A DNA stretch of 64,000 nt from Candidatus Heimdallarchaeum endolithica (GTDB taxonomy: Archaea; Asgardarchaeota; Heimdallarchaeia; Heimdallarchaeales; Heimdallarchaeaceae). The notes under the pieces are model-generated. The model did no database searches and was not told the DNA's origin. It was given only the letters and a program-made list of their open reading frames with translations. The stretch is from the NCBI GenBank assembly GCA_021513715.1, contig CP084167.1:2752001-2816000 (forward strand). Reading direction: 5' to 3'. Below, in pieces: positions 28,081-38,168 of this stretch; within the stretch, counting starts at the first letter, position 1, and each line of letters starts with the position of its first letter. Made by a program: the position numbers and the translations under genes.

Positions 28081-30054
28081 TCAATATTTTCTTTTTCTTT
28101 TTAGTATTGAAATTGGTATAAGGATTACTGTACTAGTAAACATGAATGAATTTGACGTTAATGACTTTGTTGCTGTTTTCATAAGTTCTGATTGGTGATA
28201 ACCTGCTAGTTCCATCCACTTCCAAGCAGTAGCTAGATCGTGGTTGTACTTGATAATGTCATTATAATACCAGTATGCTTGTGCTGGGTAAATAACACTG
28301 TGGGATATGAAGTAATCTCCATCATGAAGAACATTGTTGATCTCTTCTCTGTTGATTGCGTATGCAATAGCTTTTCTTACAGCGAGAGCTTTTGTATATT
28401 CCTTATACCCTGGTTCGGTTAAGAAGACATAGTTGTCATCTCCACCGATGAATGGTCTACTAAGGTTGAAACCTATGAAGTTAAGATAGTTTCTTAGAGC
28501 TGAATGAACTTTGAATCTTGGGTCAGTTTCCATCTTCTTTCTCGTTTTTGGGAATGTAGATATATGCAAGATATCGAGTTTTCCTGCTTCAAATTCTGCT
28601 AATGCGGATGTTTGATCTGGAATAACACGAATATTAATGGTTTTAATTTTTAGGTCTTGTTCTGTTCCATCAATGGCCCCAATACCAAACCAGAATGGTG
28701 AAGCTTTCAAAACAGTAAGGGAATTCTCGACATAATAGTCCAGCATGTACTTACCGCAGCCAAATGCAGAAGTACTGTATGCTGTCCATTGAGAATTGTT
28801 TAAGATGCCATTATGGATACCAACCATTGGTACTCCACCAGAAGAGTAGGTGACAGTTGTATTACTGGTGTTTAAGAAGAATTCTGGTAAAAGTTTTAGT
28901 GTTATATATTTCCAGAAAGAAGCATAGGGGTCAAGCTCTGGTGTTGTAGGATCTCCGTCTATTTCAATCCAGAAAGATAGAGGATCTGAAGGATCAACCC
29001 ATATGTCATGAATCCAATTGTAGTCCTCTGCGTCGTGATTGGTGATTGGATTAGCCCAGGCAAGTAAGGTGAAAACAGCATCCTTAGCTGTCACATGTTG
29101 ATTTGTACCATCACTGAATGCTCCATCATCAGCGTACATGAGCATGGAAGGGTCTACAATAGTACCGTTTTCATCGACAAGAGGACCACTACTACTATCA
29201 CGTCCTGTGATATGAAAAGATGGGTTCCAATAAATATTATCTCTGATTGTGAATTTGTAGAGATTGGGGTTGGTTTCATCTTGTTCCCAATCGACGATTA
29301 AACCAGTTTTTATAGGTTCAAAGCCAGGAGACATCTGCAGCAACGGTTCCATAATTAATGATGAGATGTAGGCGCTTGCTTCATCATCTTGTAACAACGG
29401 GTTCAATTCTGTCCATTTAGCATCAGAATCATAGAATTCTTCTGTTGAATTTTGACCTTCGTGTAAGGAAGTGAATTTCATATAAGGTAAAGAATCAATA
29501 ATACCCCAACGATTGTCATATCCATCTAATGTAGCCCAATTAGCAACATATGAACGAGGACTAAAGAATGGTAACATTGGTAAGATTTTGTCCATGATTA
29601 ATTGTTGCCAATCATAATAGTGTTGTTGTCTTTCTGCAAAGTCATAAATAAGAATCCCTTCATTCAGCATTTCTTCATTCTCTGCTCCATAAGGAATTTT
29701 TGTATTAATTCCAAACATGTTGCGAGAGCCATTTTCACCAAAGACATCTTTTAAATTAAGATCTTCATATCCCGCTAGATCTGTAAAAGCGAGATCACAA
29801 TCATATGTTTCTGTTATTGTTCCAAAGAAGATATGAAATTCTGCAGGTTTTAAGTTTACTTTAATACCAATTTCTTTTAGATATTGGACACAATAGAGCC
29901 AATAGTCTGTACTAAATTCTCCACCTTTTGTTTGATAATCTAATTCAAAAAAATAATCTTGTATTGATGTTTCGTTTTCACCAGAAATAGTAACAGTAAG
30001 AAATAATGTGGTAATCAGAAAAGAAAATAACACTTTTTTATTCATTTCTCCCAC
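28081..30054 (-). CDS. Family-5 ABC substrate-binding protein, paralog of 23586-25694
   Basis: Long identical peptide blocks with the first SBP (ANWATLDGYD, SAFGCGKYMLDYYVENS, RPFIGGDDNYVFLTEPGY). Confidence 0.88.
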   Translation of the reverse strand: MGEMNKKVLFSFLITTLFLTVTISGENETSIQDYFFELDYQTKGGEFSTDYWLYCVQYLKEIGIKVNLKPAEFHIFFGTITETYDCDLAFTDLAGYEDLNLKDVFGENGSRNMFGINTKIPYGAENEEMLNEGILIYDFAERQQHYYDWQQLIMDKILPMLPFFSPRSYVANWATLDGYDNRWGIIDSLPYMKFTSLHEGQNSTEEFYDSDAKWTELNPLLQDDEASAYISSLIMEPLLQMSPGFEPIKTGLIVDWEQDETNPNLYKFTIRDNIYWNPSFHITGRDSSSGPLVDENGTIVDPSMLMYADDGAFSDGTNQHVTAKDAVFTLLAWANPITNHDAEDYNWIHDIWVDPSDPLSFWIEIDGDPTTPELDPYASFWKYITLKLLPEFFLNTSNTTVTYSSGGVPMVGIHNGILNNSQWTAYSTSAFGCGKYMLDYYVENSLTVLKASPFWFGIGAIDGTEQDLKIKTINIRVIPDQTSALAEFEAGKLDILHISTFPKTRKKMETDPRFKVHSALRNYLNFIGFNLSRPFIGGDDNYVFLTEPGYKEYTKALAVRKAIAYAINREEINNVLHDGDYFISHSVIYPAQAYWYYNDIIKYNHDLATAWKWMELAGYHQSELMKTATKSLTSNSFMFTSTVILIPISILKRKRKY

Positions 30055-30388
30055 TTCGCTTGTTTAGGTGGAAATTGAAAGAATATTTCTCTCATTTAAC
30101 CACTGATAGTAACTTAAAATCTTGTTCATACACTTAAAAAATTTCTGCTTTAACTGTTAAATTAAAGTTTATAGACTAACTAAATCTCATTTTTTGTCAC
30201 TCGTAGGTATAACTCAATTTTATTAAGTAAAAGCGAAAAAAGCTTACACAAATTTGGAGGGATATTTCTTAATTTAGAAATTGATTAAAACTTCAATATT
30301 TACGTAAATATATTGGTAGATTTAAATGATAGAACAGCTAAACTTTTCCTTTTTTCCAGAATCTTGTTTTTTTCTACAATTAATGAGG

Positions 30389-30820
30389 TTAGACTTCTTT
30401 TTCCTTCTTTCTTAGAAACTCGACGATAGAATCGCATATTATAACAAAATCTTCTAGATCTTCTTTTAGTAATTCAAAAACAAGTTCGTCATTTATTTTT
30501 CCATATTTATGTACAAGAATATTCCTAAAACTTTTCATTTTTCTAATTTTCTCTACTATTTTTTTCTCTAGTATCTTATTCTTTTCTATATTATCAATAA
30601 CACTTGTTTCTCCATTAGGAATACCTAACTTCAAATCTGCATTTATTATTGCCAAAATGTCTAAAACCAGTTCTATACTATATTCCAAACGCTTGTAAAT
30701 TCCATCCCTTATTAAACCTAAATTCAAAAATCCTTCTAAATCTGTGGGTAAATGGTTTGAAATAATTTCTAGATTTTCTTCAATCTCTTCTAGTTTTGCA
30801 ACAATTATGTCATTTCTCAA
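30389..30820 (-). CDS. HEPN/DUF86 ribonuclease toxin (HepT-like)
   Basis: RX4HXY motif FRNILVHKY; 143 aa; overlaps the upstream MNT gene. Confidence 0.9.
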   Translation of the reverse strand: MRNDIIVAKLEEIEENLEIISNHLPTDLEGFLNLGLIRDGIYKRLEYSIELVLDILAIINADLKLGIPNGETSVIDNIEKNKILEKKIVEKIRKMKSFRNILVHKYGKINDELVFELLKEDLEDFVIICDSIVEFLRKKEKEV

Positions 30821-31196
30821 CTAAAACTCTCCTCACGTAATCCTCTCTATATTTTCTAAATCTTTCATAGTCTTTAATTGTTTTGTAGGCAATTTCATAA
30901 AGTTCTTTTGTTTCGTATAAAACCTTTCCTTCTAAAACCTCTTTTTTTACTGCTAAAGGTAGTGTTTGGTATATTTGGATATCAAACTTTTCTGGTAGTT
31001 CTGCCAAATATTCTACTCGTTTTTCTATTGAAGTTCTTTCATCAATTCCTTCTCTGGTTACTAACGCAATATCAATGTCATTAAATCCATAACTTTGTAA
31101 ATAACTACCAAATAGGATAACTCCTACGACATCTCTATCCTTCTTGGCTTTTTCAACTATTTTTTGTAGATGCTTATTGATAATATTTTTTTCCAT
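30810..31196 (-). CDS. Minimal nucleotidyltransferase antitoxin (MntA-like)
   Basis: LFGS...DIDIA, FDIQ, EGKVLY; upstream of HEPN (type VII TA layout). Confidence 0.9.
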   Translation of the reverse strand: MEKNIINKHLQKIVEKAKKDRDVVGVILFGSYLQSYGFNDIDIALVTREGIDERTSIEKRVEYLAELPEKFDIQIYQTLPLAVKKEVLEGKVLYETKELYEIAYKTIKDYERFRKYREDYVRRVLVEK

Positions 31197-31505
31197 TAAT
31201 ACTTAATAAAATAGTTGTTCCTTATATTTTTATTTATTTTTTATAGAAATTCTCTAAGTAGAGAAAAAATAGAACAAATAAAGTTATGTGTCTTTTTCTC
31301 AATTTTTTTTGTAATAATTTCTATTGTAGTCTTGTTTAGAGCGAATTTTTATTTCTAGTTAATACTTTTTTATGAAAAAATTGACTTAAAACAAGTGCCC
31401 TACCTTTTTTTCATGTTTCCTTCGATTTTTTTACTTAACTTTTGTTCTATACTTTTATAAATGACTTTTGGATTATGTTGACTATATAAAAAATAAGGTA
31501 TTTTT

Positions 31506-34500
31506 ATGTTTCGTAAATATTTTTCCAAAAGTATTATTGTGATGTTTTTAGCTCTTTTGCTAAGTTTTTCTTTATTCAACTTACCATCTAAAGCTGATTA
31601 TGAATCTAGGACTCCAAATATACAGGATAATGTAGAATCAAATTCTGGTGTCTCTTATAATACTTTTTCACCTGAATCTGATAAAAACTCATATCACTCT
31701 GCTGAAAACAATTTCGCTGATGTTTCTACAAATATTTTCACAACTTCAATTTTGGAAAGATACAAAGATTCATCTCTTTCTAAAACTCAAATTCTTTCTG
31801 ACAGTATTTTGATGAAGTTGGAACGTACACCTAAAAATCTTTGGAAAAATCAAAAGGTAAATCTTCTTATTAGTTTTGATCCTTCTTTTCAGAATATTAA
31901 GCAAACCTTAAGTTTCTCTTATGATGCTATTGTTTTGAGCAATCTTCATGTTGCTTTTGTTACTACAACTTTAAATAATATTTTTGAATTATCAATTCTT
32001 TCAGGCGTTAGAGGAATATATTTAGATCGATATTACCAGTTTATTGACCCTTCTTGGAAACCAATTGACAACAAAGTTTTCACTTATCCATCTGAGGAGT
32101 ACATTGGAGCTAGAGCTCTTTTAGACATAGGTATTACAGGTGGTGGAATTAAAATAGCTATTGTTGATACAGGGATAGATAAATATCATTCTGATTTGGA
32201 TGACTTTGACAATGATCCAAGTACGAACGACCCTAAAGTTATAGCAGAGATGTCCTTCATCGATTATAACAATGATGGAGTTAATGATACAGATGCCATG
32301 GATGAATTTGGACATGGAACTCATTGTGCAGGAATAGCAGCTGCAAACGGGTCTTTGCAAGGAGTAGCTCCCGGTGCTTATCTTATCAATGCTCGAGCTT
32401 TAGATGCTACTGGTGGAGCATATGTTTCTTGGGTTGTTAACGCTATTGATTGGGCTGTTTCTCAAGGTGCTGATGTTATTTCTATGTCTATTGGATGGAT
32501 GCCAGGAGACATTGTTCAACTTCTAAATGAAGCTTCTGACGCTGCATGGGAGAGTGGTTCAATTGTTGTTGTTTCTGCAGGGAATAGTGGTCCACTTTCT
32601 GGTACTATTTCAAGTCCTGGAATGGCTTCAAGAGCTATTACTGTAGGTGCCTCTGATGTGTTTAATGGAACAACTTATTGGTCAAGTAGGGGGCCTTCTA
32701 CTAATGGTCTCATTGACCCCGATGTCCTTGCTCCTGGTGCAAATATTCTCTCAACTATTCCTAACGATATGTATGAAGTCTATAGTGGAACATCCATGGC
32801 TGCTCCAGCGGTTGCTGGTGTAGCTGCTTTATTAAAATCAGTTTTTCCATCAGTAAATATTGACATTATTCGGAGTGCTATAATAAGTACAGCAACAGAT
32901 ATGGGAAGAAGTGTTTTTGAACAAGGAGCTGGGTTAGTAAATGCTCTTGAAGCATATAACTACCTATCTAACCCTCAGGTTTTTGTTTTTCCAAGTTTTA
33001 CTGAAACCTCTCCTCTGAGATTATCTCCCAATGAAGTCTTAACTTATCAAATGGATATTTTTGTTGATCAACCTTATAATTCTCTGACTTTAGAACCCAG
33101 TGTTGAAATACTCCCATATGTCGGTGTAAGTTTAATTGATTCTCCATACTCTTCTGGGTGGATTAGAGCAGCTGTCACTGTTACGATGCCAGATTATTCT
33201 CTAGTCGGTAGTTTGTCTGTTAAAAATGGTTCAACTACTCTCTATAATGTAGAGCTTACTTTGGAACCTGAAGAAGAAGAAAATGATGCTAACTCCTCTT
33301 CTGATGCCGGAGAAACAATTACAGGAGCTATTTCTCTTGAACTTGGTGTTTCCTATAAAGGAGAGATTGTCTCTGGTGATAGTCAAGATTTCTACAAGTT
33401 TCCTGTTATTAAAGGGAAAATTTATCGTTTAATTCTTTCAAACTTGGAAAACGACCTTGACCTTCTGCTTACTGATGAAAACGGAACATTAATTGCATTT
33501 AGTATCAATTATAATAACGATCAAGAACAAATAGATTTTATTGCACTAAGTTCTGGAGATTATTTTGCAAGAGTAGTAGCTTATGATTTTGGTTCATATA
33601 CTATTCAAATAAGTGGAACAGACCTACTAACTCCTTCTATAATAAGTTTAACTGGAAATTTTGATGATTATGGTGTTGATTATGATTCTGATGGACTTTA
33701 TGATAATCTTACAATAGTTGTAGAAGTGGAAGTAAATAAAGCTGGTATATATGATTTTCTTTATACAGTCTGCCAGTATAGGAGTGACTACTTCTTTCCA
33801 AAGTACTATGTTGTATCAGAATGGGATACTCTATATCTTGAAGAGGGTATTCAAACTATTGAATTAACTGTATATGGGGGAACTATAGAACAATCGAACT
33901 ATGATGGTGAATATATATTAGGTGAGTTGCTCATCGGTGACCCATCTACTTGGATGGTCATAGAATATCTTAAAGATAGCTATGTTACTGGAGAATACAC
34001 TCATTCTCAATTTAATTCTCCTGAGGCTAGATTAACAAGCATCTCCTATTCTAATGAAAATGTAGATGAACTTGGAGGGCCAGAACTATTTAAAATTCAC
34101 TGTTTCTTTGATATTAGATTAGAAGGGGAAGTAGATATCAAATTTTGGATAATAGACTCTCAACACATATTTGGCGTTTATAGTGAAACTTCTGTTATAG
34201 GTCCTCTTACTACAGAAGTAACCTTTGAATTTTCTGGTTATAATTTGCACCATATATTAAAAGGTGACATTGTTGTTGCTGGGATAGTATTTAGCAGTGG
34301 AAATTCTATCTTTTTTATTCCTATATATGTTACTAAACCTAGTTCTGAATTTTCTTCGTATGAACCCCTATATTCCTATCAAATAACAGATAAAACTGTA
34401 GACAATGATTCAAATGGTTTGTATGATACATTAATACTTGATATTCTGATTGATTCAAAGGTATCTACAGAAGTAGAAGTATTCTATAGCCAATCTCTGT

Positions 34501-36356
34501 ATAGTTTGCCTTCAGAAAGAATGATTCCTAATTCTGATTATGGGACATATATTCAACAAGCAATAGATAAAGGTGAGAATCATATCTACATTGAATTTCA
34601 ACTATTTTCTGCTGGAGCAAGAGAATTGAATGGTCCTTATTTAATTCCAATTATTACTTTGGAAGAATATGTTTATAGAACTTTCATTACAACTCATCAT
34701 GTCACCAACCAATATGATTGTAGTAATTTTGACACTCCAACAGCATATCTGTCTGCATATTTAGGAAGTGAAAATGTTATTTCTGAAGATGGAGGTTTAA
34801 GACTTACTTTTGAAATTAAGGCTAAACAGGAACTAGATATTACTATAACTCTAGATATAAAAAATTATTATAGTCCAACTGGCAGTTACTTCTACTCTTG
34901 GGAAGTGTTGGAAAAGCATGTTTATTCTGGAAAAAATAATGTTTCTGTAATTATTTCTTATCAAGAGCTTTTCTTGAACAAATTTGTCGGAGACTTAATA
35001 ATAAGACAGATATCTATTTATTCTGAAACTTTAGAAGATTCACTCTACGATCAAATTGTAATTTGTGATGTCAACTACTTAGATTTCATTTCGCTGTTTG
35101 ATGCTTATTTTGATGGGACATATGAGATTGAATACGTAAACAATGATGCTGATGATCTTTATGAAGGAGTCAATTTAATATTCCCAATTTATGTAAATAA
35201 GGCTGGAAGTTATGAAGTGTCTTTATCTCTTTACAGTGAATTTAATATTCCATATAGTCTTACTGTTAATGAATATTACGGAGAAGCAGGTGAATATTCT
35301 GTAGTATTTTTTATTTCTGCTCGTGTAATCGTCAGAAGTGTTTCATCAAACAATAAGTTAATTCTATATTGTTCGTTAAATAATCTTGATAGTGATTGGA
35401 TGGATGAACTTACAGGCATCTTTGAAGTAGAAAATATTGATAATTTAGATTATACTTTACCTTTGACCTTCTATAAAATTCAAAACGTTTATTCGTTTGA
35501 CAATAATAGTGATGGCCTTTTTGATTCAATTATTGTTGAACTACAATTTAACGCTTCTATGACAGGATCCTACAATCTGTTTTTTTATTTTAGTACTCTT
35601 CTTCTTAGTGAATCAGGTGTTCTTGATACAATTAGCCTAAGTAGTCAACTAACAATTAACTCTCCAAAAATTCAAGATGTTACTTTAACAATTTTTTCAT
35701 ATGACTTAATTGATACCAATTATTCATTAAGTTATTTTGAAACTACTGAATTCAAATTGAGTCTAGATTCTGTAATAATATCTGACAACTTGGGTGAATA
35801 TACAATTCTTGTAAATGAAATAAATTCTAAAACATTTGATATTACCAGTTTTGATTTAAGTTCTCCTGTAGAGATAACTTCTGTAAATGTGGGGTTGGAG
35901 GATATTGATGGGGATTCTATAGCCGATTATTTAGTTTTCACAATTGATTATGTCCTCAATAAACCTATGTCCTACATGATTTTTGAACTAGATCTTGATA
36001 TTGAATATTTTGAGGATGGGGCACAATACTATATTTTCTATACCACAGAGTTGGGATTATATCATGAAGTTGGAGAAGACTCTGTTGAATTTACCATCAA
36101 TTTGTATCATATCTTTTATGAAATACCTGACGAATTCAAATTATCCTACACTGTTTTTGTAAAAAATGATATATACGAAACAATTACTTACTATAATTCT
36201 GAAGGAGAACTGTTTGACACAACAATTAACACTCCAACACCTACACCTACAAACATAGTGACAACTGAAACAACAAAAAACAGTTTTCCAATGATGATTT
36301 CTCTAACAGTATTACTTATACTTGGAATATTCTTCCTTAAGAAGAGAAAAATATAA
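31506..36356 (+). CDS. Large membrane-anchored S8 (subtilisin) serine protease
   Basis: Triad IVDTGID / HGTHCAG / SGTSMAAP and oxyanion SAGN. Followed by a PPC-like domain, repeated DxDxDGLYD modules, a TPTPT linker and a TM plus KKRKI tail. Confidence 0.95.
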   Translation: MFRKYFSKSIIVMFLALLLSFSLFNLPSKADYESRTPNIQDNVESNSGVSYNTFSPESDKNSYHSAENNFADVSTNIFTTSILERYKDSSLSKTQILSDSILMKLERTPKNLWKNQKVNLLISFDPSFQNIKQTLSFSYDAIVLSNLHVAFVTTTLNNIFELSILSGVRGIYLDRYYQFIDPSWKPIDNKVFTYPSEEYIGARALLDIGITGGGIKIAIVDTGIDKYHSDLDDFDNDPSTNDPKVIAEMSFIDYNNDGVNDTDAMDEFGHGTHCAGIAAANGSLQGVAPGAYLINARALDATGGAYVSWVVNAIDWAVSQGADVISMSIGWMPGDIVQLLNEASDAAWESGSIVVVSAGNSGPLSGTISSPGMASRAITVGASDVFNGTTYWSSRGPSTNGLIDPDVLAPGANILSTIPNDMYEVYSGTSMAAPAVAGVAALLKSVFPSVNIDIIRSAIISTATDMGRSVFEQGAGLVNALEAYNYLSNPQVFVFPSFTETSPLRLSPNEVLTYQMDIFVDQPYNSLTLEPSVEILPYVGVSLIDSPYSSGWIRAAVTVTMPDYSLVGSLSVKNGSTTLYNVELTLEPEEEENDANSSSDAGETITGAISLELGVSYKGEIVSGDSQDFYKFPVIKGKIYRLILSNLENDLDLLLTDENGTLIAFSINYNNDQEQIDFIALSSGDYFARVVAYDFGSYTIQISGTDLLTPSIISLTGNFDDYGVDYDSDGLYDNLTIVVEVEVNKAGIYDFLYTVCQYRSDYFFPKYYVVSEWDTLYLEEGIQTIELTVYGGTIEQSNYDGEYILGELLIGDPSTWMVIEYLKDSYVTGEYTHSQFNSPEARLTSISYSNENVDELGGPELFKIHCFFDIRLEGEVDIKFWIIDSQHIFGVYSETSVIGPLTTEVTFEFSGYNLHHILKGDIVVAGIVFSSGNSIFFIPIYVTKPSSEFSSYEPLYSYQITDKTVDNDSNGLYDTLILDILIDSKVSTEVEVFYSQSLYSLPSERMIPNSDYGTYIQQAIDKGENHIYIEFQLFSAGARELNGPYLIPIITLEEYVYRTFITTHHVTNQYDCSNFDTPTAYLSAYLGSENVISEDGGLRLTFEIKAKQELDITITLDIKNYYSPTGSYFYSWEVLEKHVYSGKNNVSVIISYQELFLNKFVGDLIIRQISIYSETLEDSLYDQIVICDVNYLDFISLFDAYFDGTYEIEYVNNDADDLYEGVNLIFPIYVNKAGSYEVSLSLYSEFNIPYSLTVNEYYGEAGEYSVVFFISARVIVRSVSSNNKLILYCSLNNLDSDWMDELTGIFEVENIDNLDYTLPLTFYKIQNVYSFDNNSDGLFDSIIVELQFNASMTGSYNLFFYFSTLLLSESGVLDTISLSSQLTINSPKIQDVTLTIFSYDLIDTNYSLSYFETTEFKLSLDSVIISDNLGEYTILVNEINSKTFDITSFDLSSPVEITSVNVGLEDIDGDSIADYLVFTIDYVLNKPMSYMIFELDLDIEYFEDGAQYYIFYTTELGLYHEVGEDSVEFTINLYHIFYEIPDEFKLSYTVFVKNDIYETITYYNSEGELFDTTINTPTPTPTNIVTTETTKNSFPMMISLTVLLILGIFFLKKRKI

Positions 36357-36429
36357 TTAAAATTACTTTTTTTTTTCTTCAAATTGTTTCAGAGTAAATT
36401 AATATTAGGAAAAAAAAGATATAATTTAT

Positions 36430-38033
36430 TTAGACTGTCTCTTGTAATATAAGCTCTATTAGTGAGTAGTAATCCCCATACGCGCTTTCAAATTTGTAAT
36501 CAGGCAACACGAAACTTTCTTCGTCTGCTTCTCCATTTGCTTTTATTCCCATAACTTGAGGGATTCTAATTACTAGTTTACTGTTAGGTAAAACAAATAC
36601 TATTGGATCAATTCCTATTCCATCTCCACCTGTATAAGTACCGTATAATTCCGCGAATTGTGTCTGTTTACAAACATAAGCGAAGCTTTCTGCAGCTGAA
36701 TATACTGAATCGCTGGTTAGTAGGTATATTTTACCATTAAAATTAAATTGTTGTTGTGGTTCAATGGTTACCTCTTCCCAGAATAAATCAGTGAAATCTT
36801 TAGTATATACTTCTGGAGGAAGAGTTACTTTTACATTTTCTTTTGGCATATTAAGAGTAATTGATCGATTTTCTCGGAAATAGTTAACATATTTTCCATT
36901 TCTAAAGGCAAGGTAGTACTCATACTTTAAAGTTGTTTTAGCCAAAGGTTCAATAATATTTTCATACCAATACCTAGTTGAACCTCCATAATTATCTCTT
37001 ATGTCAAAGATTAATTTGGAACAATTTTCTATTTGTTTATAGAAATTGAAGAGCATTGTTTTATCACTATCTATATACATACTGCTAAAAGAATTTAAGT
37101 AGACATACCCACAATCTTCAGATAATTTTGTTGCATAGTTACTTTTAACAGATGAATAGCTCCAAATTTTTGGAAAAGCAAAAAAGCTGATATTTACTAT
37201 TGCATCGTTAGTAGCGTTTTTTACTGTAAAAATAGCATTTTCACCAAATAGATCTGGTGTGATAATTTGGACATAGAGTTTTTCTCGAAAAGGATCAAAA
37301 CGAAGATAGGTTTTCCTATAACTTTCTTTGATTGTACTATCTATTGGTGTTCCATTTACTGCTAGAACAATTGATCCATTTGTAATATTGTATTTTTCTT
37401 TCCAATTATATGAATAACCTTCAACTATAGTGTAATTACCTTGTGAATAAACCATTTTTACATCATAATCTTGTTTTTGTGGCAATTTTTTTATTATTTG
37501 ATACCAATAAAACTGTGCATCAGTTACTTGTTCATTTGTAAAAACTTCAACAAGGCTCCCATATTATGTTCAGAATATAATTGTGCATAGTATTCAAAAA
37601 ATTCGTAGGGTATAATAGCACAATGAAGATTTTGTAAAGCTGTAATCGCTTCTGATAAAACCTCTAAGAACTCCTCGTTTGAATCTGTTTGTTCAATTTT
37701 ATCTATAAAATATTCTTTTAGATTTAGCCAATTAAAACCGTGTGTTCGTTGTTTTAATGTTAAATAAGGATAGTTCTCTTTGATTACATTGTAAAAAAAT
37801 TTGAAATCTTCAATTCTCTCTTTTATTCCCATATCTTGTGGTTCTACTGACGTGAGCGCAAGAGGAAAATCATATCTGGGTTGAATAATAAATACTGATA
37901 AAATGGTTGAAAAAACAATAATTGTTACAGAAAGTATAGAAATTACTGTTATTGTCTTTTTTCTCATTTTATCACCTTTTTTTCTCTTATTCAAGGTCAC
38001 ATAAATATTTAAATTTGTCCAAATTTGAACCAT
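36430..38033 (-). pseudogene. S41-family (tail-specific) peptidase split by a 1-nt frameshift
   Basis: Upstream ORF has the S41 N-domain (DFKFFYNVIKENYPY...LQNLH). Downstream ORF has a PDZ-like part, DIRDNYGG and VYSAAE. The second frame is open back to ~37560, so the shift lies near 37555-37565. Could be a sequencing error. Likely start MRKKTITV. Confidence 0.8.
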
Positions 38034-38168
38034 TTTTTTTAGTTGCTTATTTATTGAGTAAAGAAGGTTAATTTTTCCAAATTATAGAAGTTGTAGGGTA
38101 AAATTAGAAAAAATAAAAAAAAAGAATTAAATAAGTTTTTTACTTTTATTTCTTTTTAGTTTAAGGAC

